DNA of 64,000 bases from Alkalispirochaeta sp. (GCA_965601925.1 OZ271854.1:4672001-4736000), one strand, 5' to 3'; shown: positions 9,484 to 19,883, counted from the first letter of the stretch. Notes: generated from the sequence alone by a model not told the origin. Numbers and translations: made by a program.

Positions 9484-11043
9484 ATGAGAATCCTCTATCT
9501 CCCGCTGGACGAGCGTCCGTGTAACTACCGATTCCCGGAGCTACAACTTCCCCGCGACGCGGGCATCACATTGATTCGTCCACCGAAAGCGCTCTTGGGA
9601 GAAAAAAAGAGACCCGCTGCCGTAGACGAGATTCACACGTGGCTTGACGAAGAGCTCCCGCAAGCCGACCGTGCGATCCTCTCGATCGAGATGGTGCTGT
9701 ACGGAGGGCTGTTGCCGTCGCGGATCCACACTCTCACGGAGGCGGAGTTGGAGCGTCGACTCTCCCGTTTCGAGGGTATCCTCGCCGGGGCGCGGCAGTG
9801 CGGAACCGTCGTTGCGGCATTTGGAATGATCATGCGCACCCCCGCCTACTCCTCAAGCGAGGAAGAGCCGGACTACTACGCCGAACACGGCGCCGAGTTG
9901 TTTACGCGCGGCTATCTGAACGACAAACGAACGGCGGTGGAACTCTCCGACGACGAGACAACGCGTTTGGCGGCGGCGTTGAGCGCGCTACCGAAGTGGG
10001 TCGTCGACGACTACGATCGCCGCCGAGCTCGCAACCTCTTCGCGCTCGGCCGAGTCGTTGCCTATCTGGAGGAGGGGCTGATCGCGCGCCTCGTTCTACC
10101 GGAAGACGACACGGCGTCCTACGGATACGGTCCGCAGGAGAAACGAGCATTGCTCGACTCGGTTCGGCGGCGCAACCTTAAATCGCGCGTTCTGAGTTAT
10201 CCCGGCGCCGACGAGGTCGGGCTGACGATGGTCGCCGCGGCGGCGCTCCGTTCCGAGGGCGGCGCTCCGCGAATACATCCCCTCTTCGTCGATGAGCGAG
10301 CACGCCTTATCGTTCCCAAGTACGAGAGCCGGCCGATCGGTGAGAGCGTTCTGGCCCAGATTCGCGCCGTCGGCGGCGAGCCCGTCGAACGGGCCGACCA
10401 TGCCGATATCGTGACGGCGATCTATACGTCCGCGCCGCCGATGACCGACGCTTGGTTCCAAGAGGAGGTCGACCACGAAGAGCGCGAGGCGCTGTTCCTG
10501 GATCGCGTGCTTTCGTCGACCGGCACTGCGGCACCTTCTCTCGTCGTCGCGGACTGCGCGTACGCCAACGGCGGCAGCACGCGTCTCGTTCACGAGCTCG
10601 AAGGGCGGAATGCGTGGACGGCAGTCGCGGCCTACGCGGGATGGAACACGTGCGGCAACACGGTCGGCACGGCGCTTGCCGCAGGCGTTCTCCACTGGCG
10701 GTACCGCGACGAGGAACGACGCCTCGCCAACCTCGTATACCGAATTACCGACGACTGGATCTACCAGAGTGTCGTGCGCCGCGAGCTCTCGGAGAGCACC
10801 GTACAGCAGTCGACGTTCGCGCCGAACGCCCGGACGGCCGCCGACGCGCAGGCGCGCATCGCCGCGGTATGGACCGCTGCGTTCGGAGCCGGCACGCTTC
10901 CGACCGATCCGGGACTCTCGGGGCTACGGTTTCCGTGGAATCGGCTGTTCGAAGTCGACTTGGATATTCATCTCGGCGACTCGACGCCGCAACGGGCCGG
11001 AGTCGCCTCTTTGAATAGAGCGGACAATTTCCGTACACTGTAA
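9484..11043 (+). CDS. DUF4127 family protein (unknown function)
   Basis: 'MRILYLPLDERPCN', 'YGGLLPSR', 'YPGADEVG', 'AYAGWNT.GNT.G' match my recollection of DUF4127. Confidence 0.8.
   Translation: MRILYLPLDERPCNYRFPELQLPRDAGITLIRPPKALLGEKKRPAAVDEIHTWLDEELPQADRAILSIEMVLYGGLLPSRIHTLTEAELERRLSRFEGILAGARQCGTVVAAFGMIMRTPAYSSSEEEPDYYAEHGAELFTRGYLNDKRTAVELSDDETTRLAAALSALPKWVVDDYDRRRARNLFALGRVVAYLEEGLIARLVLPEDDTASYGYGPQEKRALLDSVRRRNLKSRVLSYPGADEVGLTMVAAAALRSEGGAPRIHPLFVDERARLIVPKYESRPIGESVLAQIRAVGGEPVERADHADIVTAIYTSAPPMTDAWFQEEVDHEEREALFLDRVLSSTGTAAPSLVVADCAYANGGSTRLVHELEGRNAWTAVAAYAGWNTCGNTVGTALAAGVLHWRYRDEERRLANLVYRITDDWIYQSVVRRELSESTVQQSTFAPNARTAADAQARIAAVWTAAFGAGTLPTDPGLSGLRFPWNRLFEVDLDIHLGDSTPQRAGVASLNRADNFRTL
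11011..11039 (+). promoter_or_regulatory. Sigma70 promoter (probably leaderless) inside the DUF4127 3' end
   Basis: TTGAAT-N17-TACACT-N8-ATG 11048. Confidence 0.6.
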
Positions 11044-11047
11044 AGGT

Positions 11048-12187
11048 ATGCTACCCGTTTCCGGCGTTCACGCGGGGCGCGTGTTTCTTTTGATCGTTGC
11101 TACGGCGGCGCTGTTGTCCTGCGCCGATGAAGAGGCGTATCGCATCGGGTTCTCTTCCACGCTCTCGGGATCCGAATCGAGCTTCGGTATAGACATTCGC
11201 GACGGAGCTTTGCTTGCCGTAGAGGATCACAACGCGCGCGCCGACGGAGTGCCGCTCGAGTTGATCATTCGGGACGATCGCGGCGACCCCGAGACCGCAC
11301 TGCAAAACAACCGCGAGTTTGCCGACATGGGACTCGAGGTGGTGATAGGGCACGCCACCAGCTCTCTCGCGACCGCCGTCCTACCGTTTCTCGAGAGCCG
11401 CGACATGGTATTCGTCGGCGCGTCGATCTCTTCGCCGATCTTCACGGGGCTGGACGATGCTCTGTTTCGAGTGGTCACGACCTCGCAGGTAGAGACGGCG
11501 ATCCTCGCCCGCCATCTCATTAAGAATCGAGGTCCGCAGACAATCGCGGCCATCTATGACGGGTCTAACCTCGCGTACGCGCGACCCTTTTATGAAGACT
11601 TCAAACGGGAGTACGAGGGAATGGGAGGTCGCGTAGCCGACCCGGTCGTCCATACCTCCGACAGTGAGCATTACGCAGAGCTCGTCCGAAGAGCGGTTGA
11701 CAGCGCTTCGGACATACGGGGAATTTTGTTAATAACCGACCCGATTCACTCCGCAGCGCTGAGCCAAATCTATCGCCAAGCCGTCCCGGACGGGCAGATC
11801 GTCTCCAGCCGTTGGGCGAATAACCCCGATCTCATTTCGTATGGTGGACACGCCGTCGATGGGATACTGTTTGCGGATATGTACGACTTTCGCGACCAAT
11901 CGGAAAGTCACCATACGTTCATTGAGCGCTATCGTGCCCGTTTCGGAAGCACACCGTCGTTCGTCGCAATGCTTTCGTACGAGACGGTGCTCTATATAAA
12001 TGCCGCCCTGGACCACCGGGAGGCCGACGAGTCGCTTCGATCGGCCCTCGCTCGAGTCCGTTCGATAGAAGGAATACAGAGAATCGTCAGATTCGATCGA
12101 TACGGCGACGCGATTAGACCGAGCTACGTTACGACCGTCATCGACGGCTCGTTTACCACGTTGGGTTGGGGCGTCTCGTCGCAATGA
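11048..12187 (+). CDS. LivJ/K-like periplasmic binding lipoprotein (no cognate permeases nearby)
   Basis: Lipobox 'LLSC', 'IGFSSTLSG', 'LELIIRDDRGDP', 'VIGHATSS'. Confidence 0.88.
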   Translation: MLPVSGVHAGRVFLLIVATAALLSCADEEAYRIGFSSTLSGSESSFGIDIRDGALLAVEDHNARADGVPLELIIRDDRGDPETALQNNREFADMGLEVVIGHATSSLATAVLPFLESRDMVFVGASISSPIFTGLDDALFRVVTTSQVETAILARHLIKNRGPQTIAAIYDGSNLAYARPFYEDFKREYEGMGGRVADPVVHTSDSEHYAELVRRAVDSASDIRGILLITDPIHSAALSQIYRQAVPDGQIVSSRWANNPDLISYGGHAVDGILFADMYDFRDQSESHHTFIERYRARFGSTPSFVAMLSYETVLYINAALDHREADESLRSALARVRSIEGIQRIVRFDRYGDAIRPSYVTTVIDGSFTTLGWGVSSQ

Positions 12188-14691
12188 GAAGACGAAAACC
12201 TATGCCGCTCCAGCGATACTTTGTCGGACGAACGGCGTTGGTCGCAGTGGCGCCGTTCGCCGTCGTCTTTCTGGGGGCCACTCTGATCGTCGCCGATATC
12301 ATCTCCCGTGAGGCGATCGATCGTCACGCTTTTCTCGCCGAGATGCTCGCCGCCGAGACCAGAGCTCACTTCGACGCCGCCGCGGGCGTCATTGAGACCA
12401 TGGCTGCACACGTCACCGCCGGACTGATCGACCGGTCCGACGGCGAGGATTTTTTTCGTCGCTACGGGGAGGGAGTCATCGCGAGTAATCCGGTCTTCTC
12501 CGGCTTATGGCTCATCGACGGTGAAAGCGGTACGGTGGTCTCGACCGTGCCGGCCTCGATCGACGCGATAGGTCACGACTTTTCGCGAGCTCCGGTGTTC
12601 ATGAACGCACGACGGGACGGCGTCACGTGGTCGAATATCGGCCTCAACCCCTTTTTCCACGGCGTGGTCATCTCGGTTTCCATAGTGGTCGACGATCTGG
12701 TCGTCGCCGGCTGGTTCGAGCCGAGTACGCTATTGGGCATCGTGCGCTCCTTGGAGTGGGGCGAGGGTGTGTTCGCCTTCGTCTGCGACTCCGAGGGGCG
12801 CCCGTTGATACACCCCGACCCGGAACGAGTCGCACAGCGCGACAGCTTCCTCGCTATCGAGGCGGTCGCGGTTGCCCGCAGCGGCATGCCCCACGTGTCC
12901 ACCGTCGAGGACGGTCCCGGCGAGACGGTCTACGCCGCCCATCCGGTGGGAACGGCGGGATGGATCGTCGGCGTTGCACAGTCCAGCCGCGACCTGTTCC
13001 ATTTCATGCCGTGGTTGCTGACCGCCGGATTCTCGTCGTTCTTCGTTGCGGCGCTCCTCATTCTCTTCGGAGCGACCCACGCATCGAACAAAGTGCGTAT
13101 TCAACTCGATGCGCTCACCGTGGGCACCGAGGCGATCGCGGCCGGCCGCTACGACACGGTCCTGGAGGCGCAACGGTTCTCGCAGTTGGAATCGCTCCGC
13201 GCTTCAATCGCCGCAATGCAGCGCGCCGTTCGCGAACGAGAGCGTCAACTTGAGGAGACGAACATCCTCATGCGCCTCGTCATCGATACCACCCCCCTAC
13301 GTATCTATTGGAAGGATCGAGCGCTACGCTACCTGGGCGGCAATCGAGTCTTTGCCGAGGATGCGGGCCTTCTGAACGTCGACGACATCGACGGATTAAC
13401 CGATTTCGACATGCCGTGGTGTGAGCACGCGGACCGCTATCAACACCACGATCGATCCGTCATGGAGTCCGGGAAACCGGAGATCGATTTCGAAGAGCGA
13501 AAAGACGGTGTAGACGGTACGACGGTCTGGTTCAACTCGAGCAAGGTTCCGTTGCGGAACGCCGACGGTGAGATCGTCGGCATCCTCGGGATCTATCAGG
13601 ATGTGACGCTTCGCCGGAGCATCGAGCAACAACTACGAGAGCTCAACCGAGATCTGGAACGAAGGGTCGAGGAGCGGACCGCGGAGCTGCAACGCACCCT
13701 GCACAATCTCTCGGAAGCGCAAGCGCAAATCGTGTACTCGGAGAAACTCTCGGTGCTCGGACGCCTCTCGGCCGGAATCGCTCATGAGTTGAACACACCC
13801 CTCGGCGCGATCGTCTCTTCGATAGGGACGCTCGTCGAATTCTTCGACTCGCAGTTCAAGAACATACAGGAGTGCCTGGAGCATCTCCTCCCCGACGAGC
13901 GCCGGCGATTCTTCGCGTTATACAACTTAGCGGCACGCAAAGCCGGATACATCGATTCCGGAGTCGGTCGCAAAGCGCGCAAAGCGCTCACTCGCCATCT
14001 GGAGAACATCGGGACCGCCAACGCGCCGGCCGTCGCCGACGGCCTCGCCGAACTGCATCTGGTCGATCTTCCCATGGAGCACCCGGATCTGTTGCAGGAC
14101 GAGGGTATCGAGGAGAGCCTGGCGCTGGTCAATGCGATAGTCGTCCCGTATCGTATGGTCAGTATCATCGCCGAGGCGGCAAAACGCTCGACCGAAGTCG
14201 TGGGAGCGCTCCGGAGTTATCTCAGACAGGAGCCTGCGGGAGAGACGAGACCCGTCAACATCGAGGAGGATATCGACTCGGTTCTAACGCTCCTCCACAA
14301 CAAGTTCAAGCGGGGAGTACGCGTCGTTCGACATTACGGAGGTGCGTGGGTCGAAGGTGTCTCATCGGAGCTCAGCCTCGTGTGGATCAACCTCATTACC
14401 AACGGCGCGCAGGCGATGAAGTACTACGGAACGCTTACCATACGCACCGACACCGAAAACGGCTGGGTCACAGTACGCGTGACCGATACCGGCTCCGGTA
14501 TCCCCGACGAGATTCGGGACAAAATCTTCGAACCGTTTTTCACGACACGGTCTCACGGGGTGGGGATGGGTATCGGACTTGACATCTGTCGTAGGACGGT
14601 GGAAAAATATAGAGGTTCGATAAAATTTGAGAGTGTTTCCGGCAAGACGACGTTCACAGTTCAACTGCCGAGTCTCGTTCCGCAAGAGTAA
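12184..14691 (+). CDS. Membrane sensor histidine kinase (Cache-HAMP-PAS-HisKA-HATPase)
   Basis: Two TMs, PAS 'IYWKD..YLGGN', H-box 'GIAHELNTPL', N-box 'NLITNGAQAM', 'DTGSGIP', 'FEPFFTT', 'GMGIGL'; ATGA overlap with the upstream gene. Confidence 0.93.
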   Translation: MRRRKPMPLQRYFVGRTALVAVAPFAVVFLGATLIVADIISREAIDRHAFLAEMLAAETRAHFDAAAGVIETMAAHVTAGLIDRSDGEDFFRRYGEGVIASNPVFSGLWLIDGESGTVVSTVPASIDAIGHDFSRAPVFMNARRDGVTWSNIGLNPFFHGVVISVSIVVDDLVVAGWFEPSTLLGIVRSLEWGEGVFAFVCDSEGRPLIHPDPERVAQRDSFLAIEAVAVARSGMPHVSTVEDGPGETVYAAHPVGTAGWIVGVAQSSRDLFHFMPWLLTAGFSSFFVAALLILFGATHASNKVRIQLDALTVGTEAIAAGRYDTVLEAQRFSQLESLRASIAAMQRAVRERERQLEETNILMRLVIDTTPLRIYWKDRALRYLGGNRVFAEDAGLLNVDDIDGLTDFDMPWCEHADRYQHHDRSVMESGKPEIDFEERKDGVDGTTVWFNSSKVPLRNADGEIVGILGIYQDVTLRRSIEQQLRELNRDLERRVEERTAELQRTLHNLSEAQAQIVYSEKLSVLGRLSAGIAHELNTPLGAIVSSIGTLVEFFDSQFKNIQECLEHLLPDERRRFFALYNLAARKAGYIDSGVGRKARKALTRHLENIGTANAPAVADGLAELHLVDLPMEHPDLLQDEGIEESLALVNAIVVPYRMVSIIAEAAKRSTEVVGALRSYLRQEPAGETRPVNIEEDIDSVLTLLHNKFKRGVRVVRHYGGAWVEGVSSELSLVWINLITNGAQAMKYYGTLTIRTDTENGWVTVRVTDTGSGIPDEIRDKIFEPFFTTRSHGVGMGIGLDICRRTVEKYRGSIKFESVSGKTTFTVQLPSLVPQE

Positions 14692-14696
14692 CCGTA

Positions 14697-15089
14697 ATGT
14701 CAAAACGGGCAATCGTATGTGTCGACGACGAAGCGATTATCCTTCTCTCGCTGAAACAGGAACTGAAAACCACCTTCGGTGATTCTTTTCTGTACGAGAC
14801 GGCTACGAGCGGTTTCGAGGCGCTGGACATCGTAGAATCGTTGCAGGAAGACGGCATTGAAGCGGTCTTGATCATCTCCGACTGGCTCATGCCGGGACTC
14901 AACGGCGATGAGTTTTTGCAGCTGGTATCGTCTCGGTACGACAAAGTCGCCGCCATCATGATAACGGGCCACGCCGATGAGACGGCGATCCGCAAGTTGG
15001 AGGCGGACCCCTCGGTGCTTGCGGTGCTTAGAAAGCCGTGGAATCCGAAGACTCTACGGAGTATCGTCGCCAGCTATTCCGGCACCTGA
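14697..15089 (+). CDS. Single-domain response regulator
   Basis: 'VCVDDE', 'IISDWLMPG', 'MITG', 'RKPW'. Confidence 0.93.
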   Translation: MSKRAIVCVDDEAIILLSLKQELKTTFGDSFLYETATSGFEALDIVESLQEDGIEAVLIISDWLMPGLNGDEFLQLVSSRYDKVAAIMITGHADETAIRKLEADPSVLAVLRKPWNPKTLRSIVASYSGT

Positions 15090-15105
15090 GACCTCGATGC
15101 CGCCG

Positions 15106-16122
15106 TTACGACCCGCAGACCAGCTTTTCGAGCTCGCGTAGCTGCTCCTCGCTGCCCAGCCCAATAATACGATCTCCGGGTTGAATCGAGATCGAGGAGA
15201 GTCCGCTACGACTCGCATCGGTTCTGGCGTGTCCGCCGGCGTCGGCGATAGCCAGTACGATAGCGCCGGTGTGGAGCCCGATCTCGGCCTCCCGGAGCGT
15301 CTTTCCCGCCAAGAGACTGCGCGTATGGACCGGAAACTCCTCCATACGCAGCGACATCTCGGAGTTGTCGACGACCACGTCCAAAAAGTTGACCACCGAC
15401 GGCCTCAAGATGGACGATGCGATACGGCGACCGGCGATCTTGGCGGGAGTCACGACGCGGTCCGCGCCGGCGCGACGCAGTTTTGCCGTTGCGGTGTAGT
15501 CGGTCCCTTTGGCGATGATGGTAAGATTCGGGTTCATCTGACGCGCCGTAAGGGTCACGAACACGTTGTCCGCGTCGGACGGCAGTACGGCAACCAGTCC
15601 GGCGGCGTCCTCGATGTGCGCTTGGGTGAGCACCGTCTCCTCGGACGCATCTCCCGGAATGCATAACACCTCACCCTCGTAGGAAATTTCGGAGTGCTCG
15701 GGATCGCGCTCGATTACGACAAACGGTGTACCGGTGCGCGCGAACTCTTGAACGACCTCTCGCCCGATATCGCCGGCTCCACACACGATGTAGTGATTCT
15801 TGATTCGACGTAACTCTCTACGCATTCGTCGCTCCCGCATGGTTGATACGATCTGTCCCTCGAAGAGATACCTGATTACCGTCGAGATGGAGTATCCGAC
15901 CGTCGCGACGCTCAAGAGGAGAAACAGAATCGTGAAGTGACGTCCCGCCTGACTCAGAGGCTGTACCTCTCCGAATCCGACGGTAGTAAGGGTAATGATC
16001 GCCATGTAGAGGCTTTCGGCGAGCGGCCACCCCTCGATGAGGCGATACCCCAACGTACCGCCGCTCACGAGCCCGACGAGGAGTATCACAGCGCTGAATA
16101 CACGAATTCCATGGCGTTGCAT
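15106..16122 (-). CDS. Potassium channel with RCK (TrkA-N/C) domains
   Basis: Filter 'TLTTVGFGEV', 'HYIVCGAGDIG'; start set at ATG 16122. Confidence 0.92.
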   Translation of the reverse strand: MQRHGIRVFSAVILLVGLVSGGTLGYRLIEGWPLAESLYMAIITLTTVGFGEVQPLSQAGRHFTILFLLLSVATVGYSISTVIRYLFEGQIVSTMRERRMRRELRRIKNHYIVCGAGDIGREVVQEFARTGTPFVVIERDPEHSEISYEGEVLCIPGDASEETVLTQAHIEDAAGLVAVLPSDADNVFVTLTARQMNPNLTIIAKGTDYTATAKLRRAGADRVVTPAKIAGRRIASSILRPSVVNFLDVVVDNSEMSLRMEEFPVHTRSLLAGKTLREAEIGLHTGAIVLAIADAGGHARTDASRSGLSSISIQPGDRIIGLGSEEQLRELEKLVCGS

Positions 16123-16383
16123 CGTTTGAGGATGGTACTCTGTTTGCCGTGTTTTGTCCGCTCCGTCGAAGCGCAAAAGAGAGAGCCGAACGTCGCCTAC
16201 ACGACTCGATCCCACTGAGGATCAAGCTTCGACAGCGTGCGAAGCGTCACGTCCGACTTTCGTACTTTACGTACCACTACACCACCCGGCCACGCACTCG
16301 GGTCGCGCCCTTGACTGAAAAGGCATCCGTCACCATCATCAAAAAAGAAGACCGGGTCTCCCCGGTCTTCGCGATACATCGTA

Positions 16384-16428
16384 GAGGGGCGTGCCCCTCG
16401 CCCTTGAACTGTTGCAGCAGTTCAAGGG
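16384..16428 (-). terminator. Two adjacent hairpins downstream of dhaK
   Basis: GAGGGGC-gt-GCCCCTC and the perfect 11-bp CCCTTGAACTG-N6-CAGTTCAAGGG; no clear U tract. Confidence 0.45.
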
Positions 16429-16447
16429 TTATTCCATGTCTCTTCCG

Positions 16448-17476
16448 TCAGAAAACACGGATCGGTATCTCCGCCGGGGCGAGAAGGAGTTTCTTCAGCT
16501 CCGCATCGACTTTGCAGAGGGTAATCGACATACCCGCCATCTCCAGCGATGTGCAGTACTCTCCTACGTAGCTGCGCCACACCTTGATTCCCCTCTTCTC
16601 CAACTGTTGGTGAGCATATCCGTACAACAGATAGAGCTCGGATATCGGGGTCCCGCCGAGTCCGTTGATCATCAGCGCGACCTCGTCGCCTGAGCCGAAG
16701 ATCGGATCGACCGTCTCGCTCTCCGAGACGGGCTTTTTGTCGGTGAGAATCGCCTCCAGCATCTCATCGACGATCTCGTCGGCGCTCTTCAGTTTCCCGC
16801 GATATCTACCGGGCTCGCCGTGGATACCGACGCCCATCTCCACCTCGTCATCGGCGAGGGTGAAAATAGGCTCGCCCTTTGCCGGGGGTGTACATCCGCT
16901 CAGCGCCATACCCATGGAACGGATGACGTCGTTGACGCGCTTGCCTAACGCGACGATCTCATCGAGGGATGCACCCGCCTCCGCCGCGGCTCCCACAGCC
17001 TTGATCACGAAAAAGTTCCCGGCGACACCACGCCTGCCGACGGTGTAGAGGCTGTCTTTGACCGCCACGTCGTCGTCGACGAAGATCGTCTTAACGGTGA
17101 TACCCTCGTCCTCCAACTCCTCTGCGGCATCCTCGAAGGCGGCACGGTCGCCGGTGTAGTTATTGACGATGTGCAACACGCCCTTGGGTGAGTTGAGCAG
17201 TTTGGACGTCTCGATCACATAGTCCACCGGGGGCGCGGAAAAGACATCGCCTGGGCATGCGCCGTCCAACATACCCTTTCCGACGATCATAACGTGGGCC
17301 GGCTCGTGTCCCGACCCGGAGCCTTGAATGATGGAGACTTTGTTCTCCTTCGGCGCGTCGGACCGCATGATCAAGTTGTGCTCCGGTACGTACTTGATCT
17401 TGTCGGGGTTGGCCAACTGAATGCCCCTAAGCATCTCAGGAACAAACCGCTTGGGGTCGTTGACAAACTTCTTCAT
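16448..17476 (-). CDS. dhaK: Dihydroxyacetone kinase substrate-binding subunit
   Basis: 'GSGSGHEPAH', 'NYTGD', 'GRRGVAG', 'GIHGEPG', 'TSLEMAG.SITL'. Confidence 0.94.
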   Translation of the reverse strand: MKKFVNDPKRFVPEMLRGIQLANPDKIKYVPEHNLIMRSDAPKENKVSIIQGSGSGHEPAHVMIVGKGMLDGACPGDVFSAPPVDYVIETSKLLNSPKGVLHIVNNYTGDRAAFEDAAEELEDEGITVKTIFVDDDVAVKDSLYTVGRRGVAGNFFVIKAVGAAAEAGASLDEIVALGKRVNDVIRSMGMALSGCTPPAKGEPIFTLADDEVEMGVGIHGEPGRYRGKLKSADEIVDEMLEAILTDKKPVSESETVDPIFGSGDEVALMINGLGGTPISELYLLYGYAHQQLEKRGIKVWRSYVGEYCTSLEMAGMSITLCKVDAELKKLLLAPAEIPIRVF

Positions 17477-17528
17477 CGCTTGCACTCCTTTCCTCTGTTT
17501 TTTTTGAAGCCTGCTTCTTGTCGTTAGA

Positions 17529-18164
17529 TCATCCGACCGGCCACGCTTTGGCGAGGTCTTCGACTATGGTCGCTATGGCCACAGCCCCGGCGTCGTAGGT
17601 GTCCTTACTGCGCTCGCCGGTGTAGGCCGCACGGCCGCGCTTTGCTACCCACGCCTTGGTCGCCTCCGCTTGCTCGCGGGCGACACGCGCCGCCTCGTCG
17701 AGAGCGGTCTTTGTATCACGGCCGTCGATACTCTTCTCGAACGCGTCGGTCGCCGGAACCAGAGCATCGAGCAGCGTCTTGTCACCCAACGACGCGCCGC
17801 CGCGATCCATGATCCCCTCGGCCGCGCTCCGCAGCATCGTGACGACGTCCGGTGCCGAGAGCTCAGCCTTGCCGCTGATGCTCTTACCCGCTTTGCGAAA
17901 GGCGGCGCGCCATATGGAACCGGAGGTACCGCCGATATTGGCGGAGATGATCTTGGCGCACCCGACCAGAAAGGTCTCTCCGCTCGTGCGATCGATCGAA
18001 TCCCACCGTTCGAGGATGGCACCGAAGCCGGCTGCCAACGAGATCCCGAAGTCGCCGTCACCGACGACGCCGTCGAGCTCGGTAAAATACTTCCGGTTCG
18101 CCACTACCGTATCGGCCATTGTCCGTATAACAAACTCCATAGTGTCCATGCTTGTCCGTTGCAT
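17529..18164 (-). CDS. dhaL: Dihydroxyacetone kinase nucleotide-binding subunit
   Basis: 'LDGVVGDGDFG', 'GDKTLLDAL', 'GRAAYTGERS..DAGA'; SD GGAGGAG before ATG 18164. Confidence 0.92.
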   Translation of the reverse strand: MQRTSMDTMEFVIRTMADTVVANRKYFTELDGVVGDGDFGISLAAGFGAILERWDSIDRTSGETFLVGCAKIISANIGGTSGSIWRAAFRKAGKSISGKAELSAPDVVTMLRSAAEGIMDRGGASLGDKTLLDALVPATDAFEKSIDGRDTKTALDEAARVAREQAEATKAWVAKRGRAAYTGERSKDTYDAGAVAIATIVEDLAKAWPVG

Positions 18165-18204
18165 TCCACTCCTCCAAGGATGTCGACTCGTGTCGCACGC
18201 GCTG

Positions 18205-18981
18205 CTATGAGAGCATCCGCTCCAGATCCTCAATCGTTACATACGTACCGAATGTCACGCCGGTACGATTCCGGGCCACGACAATCGGTGCGCCACCGGG
18301 GTCACCGAGTTCGGAGACGACCGCCGCCGCCTCGTCGAAGTTCTCTTCCCTCGTCAGATCGTTGTACGTGACGAGGCATTGCATGTGTGCGCTCCGCGCC
18401 GCCAAAAGACCGTTTCGCGAGTCCTCGACGACCAGACACGTCGAAGGGTCCAAATCCAGCTTCTCTATTGCGGCGTTGTAGACGTCGGGGGCCGGCTTCT
18501 TTGCCTTGACCATGTCGCCGGCGAAGATCCCGGCAAATGAACCGGCGAGGGTATCGCCCATAACGTGGCGCAGCACCGCCTCGACCGAGGCCACCGCAGA
18601 GGTCGAGCACACCGCCAAGGTCCATCCGATGTCGTGCGCCGCTTGGGCCAGGCGCCTGACGCCGGGTCGAGGAGGAAGGGCGCCGGAGGCGATCAGCTCC
18701 TTGTAGATGGCCGTCTTTTTTGTGTGCCAGCGAAGGATGATCTCCCACCACGCGCCGTCTGACTCGGGCACGTCGAACACGGCGCGAAAGGATTCATCGT
18801 CTCGAAGGCTCGCCATTCGCTCCTTGCCGCCGCCGATCTTCACCTTCCCGGCGTACTCCGCAACGCTCCAACGCCAATCGACACCCTCCTCTTCCCACAT
18901 TCGGTTGAAGGCGACCAGATGGCCGTCGCGTTCGGTGTCGGCAAGCACACCGTCACAGTCGAACAGCAGCGCCCGCTTCAC
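18205..18981 (-). CDS. HAD-IA phosphatase, CbbY-like
   Basis: 'FDCDGVLADTERDGHLVAFN', 'IGGGKERM', 'KKPAPDVY', 'VEDSRNGL' are CbbY signatures. Confidence 0.85.
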   Translation of the reverse strand: MKRALLFDCDGVLADTERDGHLVAFNRMWEEEGVDWRWSVAEYAGKVKIGGGKERMASLRDDESFRAVFDVPESDGAWWEIILRWHTKKTAIYKELIASGALPPRPGVRRLAQAAHDIGWTLAVCSTSAVASVEAVLRHVMGDTLAGSFAGIFAGDMVKAKKPAPDVYNAAIEKLDLDPSTCLVVEDSRNGLLAARSAHMQCLVTYNDLTREENFDEAAAVVSELGDPGGAPIVVARNRTGVTFGTYVTIEDLERMLS

Positions 18982-19829
18982 GCCTTGCCCTCGCTACCGA
19001 AGAGCCGGAAATAGTGCCGCGCCATAGCGATCACATCGTCGCGTACAGCGCCGGCCAACTTGAGGGGATTGTATTCCGTCGGCTTCTTTTCGAGATAGGT
19101 CCGGAATCCGTCGGCGAAGACCTTTTTGAGCGCCGTCGAGATGTTTACCTTGGCGGCGCCCAGGGAGATCAAACGCCGGAATACGTCGTTCTCAAGGCCG
19201 CTCCCGCCGTGGAGTACCATCGGCACGCCGGTGGCGTCGACGATCTCCTTCATCCTATCGTAGCGGATCGTAGGGGCCGCCTTGTAAAATCCGTGAGCGG
19301 TGCCGATCGCCGGCGCGTAGCAGTAAATCCCCGTCTCCCGTACGAACTCAATCGCCCGCTCGATCGGGACTAACTGGCCCTCGGAGTCGCTCCCGACGCC
19401 GTCCTCCACACCGGCGACGGCCACGACCTCACCCTCGACGTGGGCACCGTGGCCGGTGGCATACTGAGTGATCTCCTTGGTGATACGAAAGTTTTCCTCG
19501 ACCGACATGCCCGAACCGTCGAAGAGCACGGAGTTCCACCCTACGTCGATACACTCCTTGGCAACCTGGACGTCGGGGCAGTGGTCGAGGTGGAGCGCCA
19601 CCGGTATCGATACGCGCTTGGCCATCTCGGTGAACATGGCGTGCACGACCGCCGCGCCCCAAAACTTCACCGTTTTGACCGAAATCTGAATGATCAGCGG
19701 CGAGCGCGACTGCTCGGCCCCTTGCATTAACCCATCTAAGGTGACGGCGTCCACGGCGTTGAAGGCCGGAACGCCGTAGCGCTCTTTGAAGGCGGGATCC
19801 ATGATCTGCGGAAGTGTCGCGATAGGCAT
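18978..19829 (-). CDS. fba: Class II ketose-bisphosphate aldolase
   Basis: 'ALHLDH', 'SVLFDGS', 'AIGTAHG', 'VLHGGSG', 'KVNIST'. Confidence 0.92.
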   Translation of the reverse strand: MPIATLPQIMDPAFKERYGVPAFNAVDAVTLDGLMQGAEQSRSPLIIQISVKTVKFWGAAVVHAMFTEMAKRVSIPVALHLDHCPDVQVAKECIDVGWNSVLFDGSGMSVEENFRITKEITQYATGHGAHVEGEVVAVAGVEDGVGSDSEGQLVPIERAIEFVRETGIYCYAPAIGTAHGFYKAAPTIRYDRMKEIVDATGVPMVLHGGSGLENDVFRRLISLGAAKVNISTALKKVFADGFRTYLEKKPTEYNPLKLAGAVRDDVIAMARHYFRLFGSEGKA

Positions 19830-19883
19830 ATACTCTTCTCTCTTTCTGCGTGCCGCACCGAAAGGCGACGCACCGTTGCTCCA

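Noticed and set aside
16197..16379. 60-aa minus-strand ORF between the K+ channel and dhaK
   Set aside because: No SD or recognisable motif; cannot be supported without homology data
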